Assembly: GCA_964014485.1 (NCBI GenBank)
Contig: CAXHAT010000073.1
Span: forward strand, 1 to 35,687
Origin: an uncultured Deferribacteres bacterium
Lineage (GTDB): Bacteria > Zhuqueibacterota > Zhuqueibacteria > Zhuqueibacterales > Geothermadaptataceae
DNA length: 35,687 nucleotides
Direction of reading: 5' to 3'
In this document: in pieces, positions 28,336 to 35,687 of the stretch
How positions within the stretch are numbered: position 1 is the stretch's first letter
Layout of the letters: the number at the start of each line of letters is the position of its first letter
The notes under the pieces: model-generated
Told to the model about the DNA's origin: nothing
The model's input: only the letters and a program-made list of their open reading frames with translations
The model's database searches: none
Made by a program: the position numbers and the translations under genes

Positions 28336-31290
28336 ATGGACGCATTTTCTTCAAAGAAAATCGGCAAGTCGAAATTCCAGCTATGGGCTGTTTTGGTCAG
28401 CTCATTGCTGTTTTCCGGCGGTTCGTCGGCGCAAAGCCGTTTTTTTGAAACGCCGCAAAACTTTAACGCCGACGTCCAAAGAGATTGGGAGCTGAATTTT
28501 AACGTGCCTTCGGTGCTGGGTTTTCATTTTGTACGCGCCGTCGCAGCCGACAGCAGCGGAAATATCTACGTGACCGGCGAAGGAACGAACACAACATTCG
28601 GTACAAGCGTGTTTACTGTTAAATACGACAGTTTGGGAAATGAAGTCTGGGTCGCGGAAACGCCGAACGAAGAAGGCGAAACAAGTAATGGAACGTCGAT
28701 TGTCGTCAGCGACAGTACGGGGAATATCTACGTCGCGGGCTATGGGTGTTATCAAGGAAGCGGCGATGATATTCTTTTGATAAAATATGACGCCAACGGC
28801 GTTGAACAGTGGAAAACCCGCTTTAATGGTGCGGTGAGCAATAGCGACCGTGGTTGGGCGATTGCGGTTGACCGGGAAGAAAATATTTATGTTGGCGGCG
28901 AGAGCTACACAACCGACGGTGGAAATGATGTTGTCGTTTTGAAATATGCTTCGAACGGCGTTTTGCTCTGGACAAGCTACTTCGATCATCCTAATAATAT
29001 TGATGATCAATTCCTGGGACTGGAGTTGGATGGCGACGGAAACGCGGTTGTCGGCGTTTTAGCTGCAAGGGGCATTGGCCATAATTATTTCGTCGTGAAG
29101 TATGCAGCTTCCGGGGAAGAAATGTGGAACATTGTTGAGAACGGCGGATCATTAAGACATGAAAAAGGCGCGATTGCCGTCGACCGATGGAATAACATTT
29201 ACCTCGCTCGTGAAACGAATCAGAGAATCATCGCTTCGAGGTATCGGAGCAGCGGCGAAAAATTATGGGAATCAGAGTTTTCGGGGGGCGGAAGCGTTTT
29301 TGACGCGGTCGTTGACAAAGAAGGCGGTTTCTATATCACGGGAGATCAAAATGGGGGGAGTTTTGTCGTTGTAAAATTCGACAGTTCCGGCGGCGAAGCT
29401 TGGCGTTACATCCCCTTTTACGACCCGGCTGTGCGCAAGGACGGGATTCGTATTGCGGTTGATTCGCGAAAGAACGTTTATATGGCAACGAATAGGTTAG
29501 ATGTGATCCACTATGATTCCACGGGCAAAAAAGTGTGGGAGAAGGAATTATTTGAACGTGACGATATGGGCTATGGAAAAGTATTGCAACCCGTTGCTCT
29601 CGAATTGGACAAGAACGACGACCTCATCGTGGCTGGCGGAGCACAAGGGTTCGCCAAAGGATTACCCAGCCGGCTCGGCTTTGGCGTTTCCAAATATCAA
29701 GTCGACGGTGCAAGGCTTTGGAACGTCCGGTTTGACGGGCTGGGCACGACGCAAGGGTTATTTAGCCCAAGGCTGGCAGTGGACAAGGCCGGAAATCTTT
29801 ACTTGAGCGGCAGTTTTTATACAAATTTCGGCGCCGGTCACGCGGACGTTGGTCACACGCTTTTGAAATACAATTCAAATCGGGAACTGCTCTGGATGCG
29901 CGAGTCGGCTGACTCACAGATTCAAATCAAGGGAATGGCGACCGACGCCGAAGACAATATCATTCTCATCGGATACACCCAGGACGCGCTTGAGCATCGT
30001 ACATATTGGGTTCTGAAATATGACTCGCAAGGTTCCTTGCTGTGGGCAAGCCAGCACGACGAACCCGGCTTGAGCGTGTTGTCGGCTTTTTCTTTTGACG
30101 TCGATCCGTCCGGCAGCGTCTTGCTTCTGGGCAGTAAAATACCGCCGGGACAGAAGTTCGATTTTGTGACGCTCAAATATACTTCAGACGGGCAGTTGGC
30201 GTGGGCGCGGGATTATGACAGCCCTAACGCCGGGCATGACCGTCATGTCGGGATAAAAGCGGACTCGGAAGGAAACGCTTATGTGGTTGGAAACAGTGTT
30301 TCGAGCAACGATGAAGTGACGACGCTGAAGTATTCCGCGGAGGGCGATTTGCTCTGGGCGGCTCAGTTCGATACGATGGGCCTGTCTGAAGCTGTTAATT
30401 TTGCCGTGGATTCAAAAAACATGGCCTACGTCGTCATAAAACAGCGCAATTTGCAAAGCGATAGAGAAATGCTCACATTAAAATACGACCCAAATGGAAA
30501 CCGCCTCTGGGACAAAGCTTTCAAGCGAACAAGTCAGGATCATTCCGATGAACCCAACAGCATAGATATCGATTCTGATGATAATATCTATGTCGTAGGT
30601 TCGAGCAGAAGCCTTGATGAAAGAAATTCTGATTTCACAACAGTTAAATATGACACAGCCGGAAATGAACTTTGGGCCAGGCATTACAACGGTTTTCCGA
30701 ATAGTGGCGATGAAGCCGTTAAGGTGGTCTTTGATGAGAATCAAAACGTCTATGTCGCGGGGAACGTCTCGCTGGGGATGGCGACGGTAAAATATTCTCC
30801 AGACGGCGAACAGCAATGGGCGGAGCGCTACTCAAGTTCGCTGAAAAAAGAAGACGCTTTTTACGATATTACCGTTGACGCTCAGAAAAACGTCTATATC
30901 TGCGCGATTTCCATTCTCAGACGATCTCTTGACGGACGTTTTTGGACCTCAATTCCAGTGTCGCCGGTCATTAAATATTCCCAATCTCCTGACACGCACG
31001 TCGAAGAATCGCCGACGCGTCCGCCGTTGAGGTTTGAGCTGCATCAAAACTATCCGAATCCGTTTAATCCGACAACCACGATCAAATTCGAAACGCCGAA
31101 CAAAGCATACGTTGAGATTGACCTTCTTAACATCAACGGCCAAACGCTGGAAACGATTTTTTCGGGTGAAAAACCGGCGGGCAGTCACGAAGTGATCTTC
31201 GACAGCGGGAATTATGCTTCAGGGGCTTACTTGTATCGCTTGCGCGCAGGTTCTTTGCGAATTGTGAAGAAAATGATTCTGGCGAGGTAA
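28336..31290 (+). CDS. Secreted SBBP-repeat (beta-propeller) protein with T9SS/FlgD-like C-terminal domain
   Basis: AAGGAG RBS and signal peptide ..SSA|Q. About 15-16 repeats of AVDxxGNIYVxG...KYDxxGxxxW. C-terminus QNYPNPFNP...SGAYLYRL...KKMILAR. Confidence 0.9.
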   Translation: MDAFSSKKIGKSKFQLWAVLVSSLLFSGGSSAQSRFFETPQNFNADVQRDWELNFNVPSVLGFHFVRAVAADSSGNIYVTGEGTNTTFGTSVFTVKYDSLGNEVWVAETPNEEGETSNGTSIVVSDSTGNIYVAGYGCYQGSGDDILLIKYDANGVEQWKTRFNGAVSNSDRGWAIAVDREENIYVGGESYTTDGGNDVVVLKYASNGVLLWTSYFDHPNNIDDQFLGLELDGDGNAVVGVLAARGIGHNYFVVKYAASGEEMWNIVENGGSLRHEKGAIAVDRWNNIYLARETNQRIIASRYRSSGEKLWESEFSGGGSVFDAVVDKEGGFYITGDQNGGSFVVVKFDSSGGEAWRYIPFYDPAVRKDGIRIAVDSRKNVYMATNRLDVIHYDSTGKKVWEKELFERDDMGYGKVLQPVALELDKNDDLIVAGGAQGFAKGLPSRLGFGVSKYQVDGARLWNVRFDGLGTTQGLFSPRLAVDKAGNLYLSGSFYTNFGAGHADVGHTLLKYNSNRELLWMRESADSQIQIKGMATDAEDNIILIGYTQDALEHRTYWVLKYDSQGSLLWASQHDEPGLSVLSAFSFDVDPSGSVLLLGSKIPPGQKFDFVTLKYTSDGQLAWARDYDSPNAGHDRHVGIKADSEGNAYVVGNSVSSNDEVTTLKYSAEGDLLWAAQFDTMGLSEAVNFAVDSKNMAYVVIKQRNLQSDREMLTLKYDPNGNRLWDKAFKRTSQDHSDEPNSIDIDSDDNIYVVGSSRSLDERNSDFTTVKYDTAGNELWARHYNGFPNSGDEAVKVVFDENQNVYVAGNVSLGMATVKYSPDGEQQWAERYSSSLKKEDAFYDITVDAQKNVYICAISILRRSLDGRFWTSIPVSPVIKYSQSPDTHVEESPTRPPLRFELHQNYPNPFNPTTTIKFETPNKAYVEIDLLNINGQTLETIFSGEKPAGSHEVIFDSGNYASGAYLYRLRAGSLRIVKKMILAR

Positions 31291-31362
31291 ACGAATTGAA
31301 AAAACATGGAGTTGACTAAAGCACAAATGGAGTTTTGGAATTATGGATTGTTGGATTCATGT

Positions 31363-31424
31363 TCCATCACTCCATCACTCCATCACTCCATCACTCCATC
31401 ACTCCATCACTCCATCACTCCATC
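31363..31424. repeat. Tandem 8-mer (TCCATCAC)x7.75
   Basis: Seven perfect units from 31363 plus tccatc. Preceded by degenerate complementary units atggagttttggaattatggattgttgga. Confidence 0.95.
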
Positions 31425-32047
31425 TTCCAATTTTCTCGTTTTCACGCTCAAATTGTTAAAAAAATGTCCCGCCATGTCAAGCATCGTCTGGCTCCTTCGC
31501 TTATCTTATCCCCCGTTGAAAGCAGTGCAACGGGGACGTACAGAGGGCGTTCGGGCTCCTGTCGCGTACCGGCGCCGCAAGGAGTCCCCGTTGCTTTTAT
31601 TTTGGACGAGCCACAGCGGAGGCCTTTTTTAAAAAACGCGACCCGGCGGAAGACAACTTCCGCAAATTCTAAAAACAAATCCCAATTTCCAACAAATAGC
31701 TAATTGACTATCGTTAATTGGCATTGAAGTTTATTTGGTTTTGTTGTTCGGGATTTTACAAAGAGTCTCTCCGCAATCTTGCGACACGATTGTAATATTG
31801 ACCCGTAAGCCAAGACGCGCTTACGCTTCATTTTGAGAACGGACTCTCCAAACTGCCTTCCATTTCGAATCGGAAGAAGGACTGTCGGGCTTAAGGCGAA
31901 ACAGGAGCCGCCTTTCCCTGAAGAAACAGTCATTCTTCTCCTGATCCCTGTACTCGGGCGAAATGATCACGACTTAACCCGCGCAGCGTTTTAACCGCGC
32001 GTGCCGGAAGAAGTACGTCATTTTAGAATCCAAAGGAGATCAGGAGA

Positions 32048-33781
32048 GTGTCCGTGCAGTATTTCCTCAATGCCCCAAAATCTGTGTGCGCTGAGTCGAA
32101 GGCAGACTCGCAATCCGCAATTCTTCCATTTAATACCTTTCATTCATTCAAATTTCATTTGCTGCTCGCGCTCTTCGCAATGCCGTTGAGTTCTTTGCAC
32201 GCTCAGGCTCTGCGCGACAGCTTGCTCGCGGAAAACATGGTGACGTCGACAAACGTACGCACTCCGGGAGAGTTCGAGCCGCAAGACGCCGTTTGGCTGG
32301 CCTGGCCCGCCTACGATTACGAAGTCGATCTGCCCATGGCAAATCTGACCGCTGAGATCATCCGAAAATTGAAGCCGTACGTTCCGGTCAAGCTTCTGGT
32401 CTGGGACGAAGTCATGCAGGCGGCCGCCGACAGTACGCTGCAAGCGCAAAACGTTCCTTTCGACCACGTCACTTTTGTCATCATCCCCTACGACGAACCC
32501 TGGCTGCGCGACATGGGGCCGGTTTTCGTTATTGCCGATGAAAATCGCAAGCAAATGATCGATTTCAATTTCGATGGTTGGGGGAATTATTCGCCGGAAG
32601 ACGAGTATCCGATGATTGAAGAGCCAGTCGACCGGCTGATCGCCGAATGGATGGGCATTGAAAATAATATGACCGGATTGGTTGGCGAGGGCGGCAATCG
32701 CGAGTTCAACGGCCAGGGCGTGATGATGGCCGTTGCGCCGACGGAATTGCAGCGCAATCCGGGAATGACGCTGGACGAAATCGAAACGGAGTTCAAACGG
32801 CTCTTTGGGGTGATCAAGGTGATCTGGCTGCCGCATAATTTGTATGACGATTCGCAGGCTTCGACGATCTACCCCGGCCCGGACGGCGAAAAAGCCTACG
32901 GCTACGGCGTGGCGCACATCGACGAGCTGGCGCGTTTTGTCGGGCCAAGCACCATTCTGCTCGCGGAAGTGACCGAAGCGGAAGCGCAGCTCGACACCTT
33001 CGCTCTGGTCAATCGCCAGCGTCTGGAAGAAAACTTTGCCGTTCTGCAGCAAGCGACCAATCAAGACGGCGAGCCTTTCGAGATCATCCGCTTCCCGGCG
33101 GCGATGACCGAGTACATGCAGCTCACCGAAGAAGATTACAGCCATTTCATCTCAAGCGACATTACGCTCGAAGACGGCAGCCGCGGCCACGACGGCCCGA
33201 TTTGGTGGGTGCCCGCCAAAAGCTACGCCAATTTTCTGATCACCAACGGCGCCGTGCTCGTGCCGCAATATTGGCGACCGGGACGGCCTGAATTGGAAAA
33301 AGAAAAGGACGCAGAAGCGATTGCAGCGCTCCAGGCTGTTTTCCCGGATCGCGATATTCTCACGTTTTCCTCCGAACTGGCGCTGGCGGTGAACGCCGGC
33401 GGCGGCGGAATCCATTGCATTACCGCTCAGGAACCCAAAATCGACATAGCCAGCGACGTGGACGAACCAACGTTCGGGAAACCGGAAACGTTCTCGCTCC
33501 AGCAAAATTATCCCAATCCATTTAACCCGTCGACAGTGATCAGTTTTCAGTTACCACAGGTCAGTGAAGTGAGCTTGGAAATTTATGATTTGACCGGGCG
33601 CTTGATCCGCACGCTGGCGGCGCAAACCGTGCCCGCCGGACGGCACAATGTAACTTGGGACGGCAAGGATTCGCTCGGACGATCCGCCGCAACCGGCGTT
33701 TATCTCTACCGGCTCGTGGTCAAATCCGCCTCAGGCGTAAGCCTTTGGCGTGAGACTAGGCGCATGATACTGATGAAATAG
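32048..33781 (+). CDS. Secreted agmatine deiminase / Porphyromonas-type peptidylarginine deiminase family protein with T9SS/FlgD-like C-terminal domain
   Basis: PGEFEPQDAVWLAWP, WLRDMGP, FNFDGWG, EGGN, HID, SYANFLITNG and GGGIHCIT (Cys nucleophile). Hydrophobic leader ..LHA|Q. C-terminus QNYPNPFNP...TGVYLYRL...RRMILMK. Confidence 0.9.
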   Translation: MSVQYFLNAPKSVCAESKADSQSAILPFNTFHSFKFHLLLALFAMPLSSLHAQALRDSLLAENMVTSTNVRTPGEFEPQDAVWLAWPAYDYEVDLPMANLTAEIIRKLKPYVPVKLLVWDEVMQAAADSTLQAQNVPFDHVTFVIIPYDEPWLRDMGPVFVIADENRKQMIDFNFDGWGNYSPEDEYPMIEEPVDRLIAEWMGIENNMTGLVGEGGNREFNGQGVMMAVAPTELQRNPGMTLDEIETEFKRLFGVIKVIWLPHNLYDDSQASTIYPGPDGEKAYGYGVAHIDELARFVGPSTILLAEVTEAEAQLDTFALVNRQRLEENFAVLQQATNQDGEPFEIIRFPAAMTEYMQLTEEDYSHFISSDITLEDGSRGHDGPIWWVPAKSYANFLITNGAVLVPQYWRPGRPELEKEKDAEAIAALQAVFPDRDILTFSSELALAVNAGGGGIHCITAQEPKIDIASDVDEPTFGKPETFSLQQNYPNPFNPSTVISFQLPQVSEVSLEIYDLTGRLIRTLAAQTVPAGRHNVTWDGKDSLGRSAATGVYLYRLVVKSASGVSLWRETRRMILMK

Positions 33782-33819
33782 ATGAGAGTCATTTTGATGA
33801 TGGTTTTTCGAGAAGCTTA

Positions 33820-34245
33820 TCACTCGCAGTCAATGCGAACAAATTGCCTGACAAATGCTTCCGGCATTAAGGCTGGGACAGGTGAATTGGTGAAATCCGA
33901 GATATTTCTGCTGATGATGAAATCGCAGTTTTCGTCCTGTGCCAGACTTGCAACCACGGCGTCTTCGAAATCAGGCATGACTAATGTTCTGGCTCGAATG
34001 AACGCAGGTTTTTCGGTGGCGGCGATTTCAAAATTTTGCAGCAGCCAGTCGGTGAAGGCGTCGGCCTTTTGTTTATCAATGTGTTTTGAAACGAGATAGT
34101 AGAGGGTGGTGACGGCATGGCCAGGAAGAAAACCAATAGCATTCTTTTTCAGAACCTCGCTGATCACAATTTTGGAATGCGTATAAAACGGTTCGCGCTT
34201 CTGTGCATAATCAAGCAAAACATTGAGATCGAGCATGATTCTCAT
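33820..34245 (-). CDS. PIN domain toxin (VapC-like)
   Basis: MRIMLDLNVLLD, TTLYYL, DFEDAVVA and IISRNISDF. Overlaps the antitoxin stop by 4 nt. Confidence 0.9.
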   Translation of the reverse strand: MRIMLDLNVLLDYAQKREPFYTHSKIVISEVLKKNAIGFLPGHAVTTLYYLVSKHIDKQKADAFTDWLLQNFEIAATEKPAFIRARTLVMPDFEDAVVASLAQDENCDFIISRNISDFTNSPVPALMPEAFVRQFVRIDCE

Positions 34246-34490
34246 CGATGCTTTTCCTCAAGAAAATCAAGGTAGCTTTTGTATGCATTCTCATGCTCCG
34301 GCAAAACGCCGGCAAACTTTTCCGTGTCAGGATGAGCCTGATAGTTTTCGACGATGCGCAGTTGTTGAACATACTGATCGATCAATTCCGATACGGTCAC
34401 TTTGCGCTGCGCCGCGAAGTTTTTCAGAAACGCGATTTCCGCTTTAGGCAGGCGGATTGTCAATTGTGTCGCTTCCATTGGTTTACCCAT
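34242..34490 (-). CDS. Ribbon-helix-helix antitoxin (DUF6364-like)
   Basis: TQLTIRLP...KNFAAQRKVTVSELIDQY...YLDFLEEKHR, directly upstream of the PIN gene. Start could be 34478. Confidence 0.8.
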   Translation of the reverse strand: MGKPMEATQLTIRLPKAEIAFLKNFAAQRKVTVSELIDQYVQQLRIVENYQAHPDTEKFAGVLPEHENAYKSYLDFLEEKHR

Positions 34491-34593
34491 GCGTTATTTG
34501 CAGCAAAAATCGATTGAAAATAATGATACGAATAAAATCTCAAATTCCAAACAGAGAGCGAATCACCCGCCAACATAGTAGAAACTAAATTTT

Positions 34594-34726
34594 CCGACGG
34601 GATTCACCGAATGCACAGGATTTTTTCCTGATCCGGTCAATCTTGTTTACCCCGTGGAATACTAAATTTGAAATTTCTTGACCAGACAAAATCAAGATAT
34701 TCCACGGGGTAAATCCAGTCAAAAAA
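34594..34726. repeat. Palindromic repeat with a nested 68-bp MITE-like insert
   Basis: Perfect 16-bp IR tttaccccgtggaata (34646-34661) / tattccacggggtaaa (34698-34713) inside gacgggat..caggat...atcttgtt|aatccagtcaaaa. Confidence 0.65.
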
Positions 34727-34740
34727 ACAGGAGACCTGAA

Positions 34741-35687
34741 ATGAACCGACTCGCCCGCACGCTATTGCCGCTGTTCTTGCTGACCGCCGCTGCACAGGCG
34801 CAGGATAAAATGGAAGTTAAAGACGCCGACAGCAACGTTTTGATGAAAGTGGAAGACGAAGGAAGCGCCGGATCGCTCACGATCATGGGCCTCGGCGCGG
34901 CGCCCACATCATTCACCAACAAGCTCTACAACATTGGCGGCGCGCTCTACTGGAACGGCAATCTGCTATCCGCCGGCGCCAGCCCGTGGGCGACCAACGG
35001 CGCCAATATCTATTTCAATTCCGGGAATGTCGGAATTGGAACAGCAAGTCCGCTGCATTTGCTGCACGTTGGTTCCGCCGCTCATGTCGGTGACCAATCC
35101 ATCGCGTTGCAAAATGACCAATATACCTGGCGGCACATCGTCGGCAGCGACGGCTCCTATGTTTTGGACGGCTCGGTCGAAGGCACCGTTATGCTTGTGA
35201 CAACAGACGGCAAAGTTGGGATCGGTACAAAAACGCCAAGTACTTTTCTCGAAGTCGGCGGAACCGTCACCGCCAACGCTTTTGTTGGGGATGGTTCAGG
35301 TCTGACCGACATCACCGCGCCCGGCGATAATTTGGGCGATCACACCGCTGCGCAAGCGCTCAATCTCAACGGCAACTGGCTTTCCGGTGATGGCGACGGC
35401 GAAGGCGTTTTCGTCGATGCAAATGGCAATGTTGGCCTCGGCACGTCAAGCCCGTTGCATTTGCTGCATGTCGGTTCCGCTGCTCATATCGGCGACCAGT
35501 CCATCGCGTTGCAAAATGATCAATATACTTGGCGGCACATTGTGGGCAGCGACGGCTCCTATGTTTTGGACGGCTCGGTCGAAGGCACCGTTATGCTTGT
35601 GACAACAGACGGCAAAGTTGGGATCGGTACAAAAACGCCAAGTACTTTTCTCGAAGTCGGCGGAACCGTCACCGCCAACGCTTTTGT
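34741..35687 (+). CDS. Exported GNVGIGT-repeat fibre/adhesin-like protein (partial, runs off the window end, not in ORF track)
   Basis: AGGAG RBS and ATG 34741 with no stop to the end: MNRLARTLLPLFLLTAAAQA|QDKMEV...GNVGIGTASPLHLLHV...GKVGIGTKTPSTFLEVGGTVTANAFVGDGSGLT...GNVGLGTSSP. Internal 402-nt repeat. Confidence 0.85.
   Translation, partial: MNRLARTLLPLFLLTAAAQAQDKMEVKDADSNVLMKVEDEGSAGSLTIMGLGAAPTSFTNKLYNIGGALYWNGNLLSAGASPWATNGANIYFNSGNVGIGTASPLHLLHVGSAAHVGDQSIALQNDQYTWRHIVGSDGSYVLDGSVEGTVMLVTTDGKVGIGTKTPSTFLEVGGTVTANAFVGDGSGLTDITAPGDNLGDHTAAQALNLNGNWLSGDGDGEGVFVDANGNVGLGTSSPLHLLHVGSAAHIGDQSIALQNDQYTWRHIVGSDGSYVLDGSVEGTVMLVTTDGKVGIGTKTPSTFLEVGGTVTANAF

Noticed and set aside
31505..31535. 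SAM-I riboswitch resemblance (cttatc...cccgttgaa...gcaac)
   Set aside because: The P2/kink-turn and 3' elements are missing, and no methionine-related gene lies downstream.
31306..31703. ORFs with HHSITPSL repeats (31306..31632, 31335..31703)
   Set aside because: Translation artefacts of the 8-nt tandem repeat, with no coding features.
32144..33145. Long antisense ORFs (also 7961..8815, 12795..13568, 3009..3716 and others)
   Set aside because: Shadow frames opposite well-supported genes, with no recognisable motifs.
35026..35687. Repeat pair as a DGR template/variable region
   Set aside because: Differences are mostly synonymous C/T changes rather than adenine-specific, both copies are in frame in one gene, and there is no reverse transcriptase in the window.

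Overview
Bacterial chromosomal window, probably from an FCB-related lineage such as KSB1/Calditrichota. This placement is inferred from four NYPNPFN-type T9SS/FlgD-like C-terminal domains, the xerC-hpf-hprK order and an N-terminally extended SecA. The left half (about 0.2-17.7 kb) is one long plus-strand run. It holds an acyl-CoA/branched-chain amino-acid catabolic cluster (enoyl-CoA hydratase, two acyl-CoA dehydrogenases, thiolase, 3-hydroxybutyryl-CoA dehydrogenase, ilvE), interrupted by an accessory islet (TMEM175/DUF1211, NmrA-like, chimeric DUF433 antitoxin, unknown helical protein, DUF4258/YgiT pair). The run ends with nusB, secA, smg, xerC, hpf and hprK. The right half is rich in exported proteins: an EEP hydrolase, a Tat xylose-isomerase-like protein, an M28 peptidase, a PHP-like lipoprotein, a lectin-like protein, a TonB-dependent receptor, an SBBP beta-propeller protein and a secreted agmatine/peptidylarginine deiminase. 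It also carries a complete IS1-family element with 8-bp target duplication, a PIN toxin-antitoxin pair and a truncated GNVGIGT-repeat fibre gene that is missing from the ORF track. Intergenic DNA contains several families of palindromic REP/REPIN/MITE-like elements, some nested in each other. I found no rRNA, tRNA or CRISPR array. No single clearly novel system is proven. The best leads are the PPAD-like secreted deiminase, the T9SS-like secretome that follows the Gln (+1) rule, the repeat fibre protein and the nested, covarying palindromic elements.
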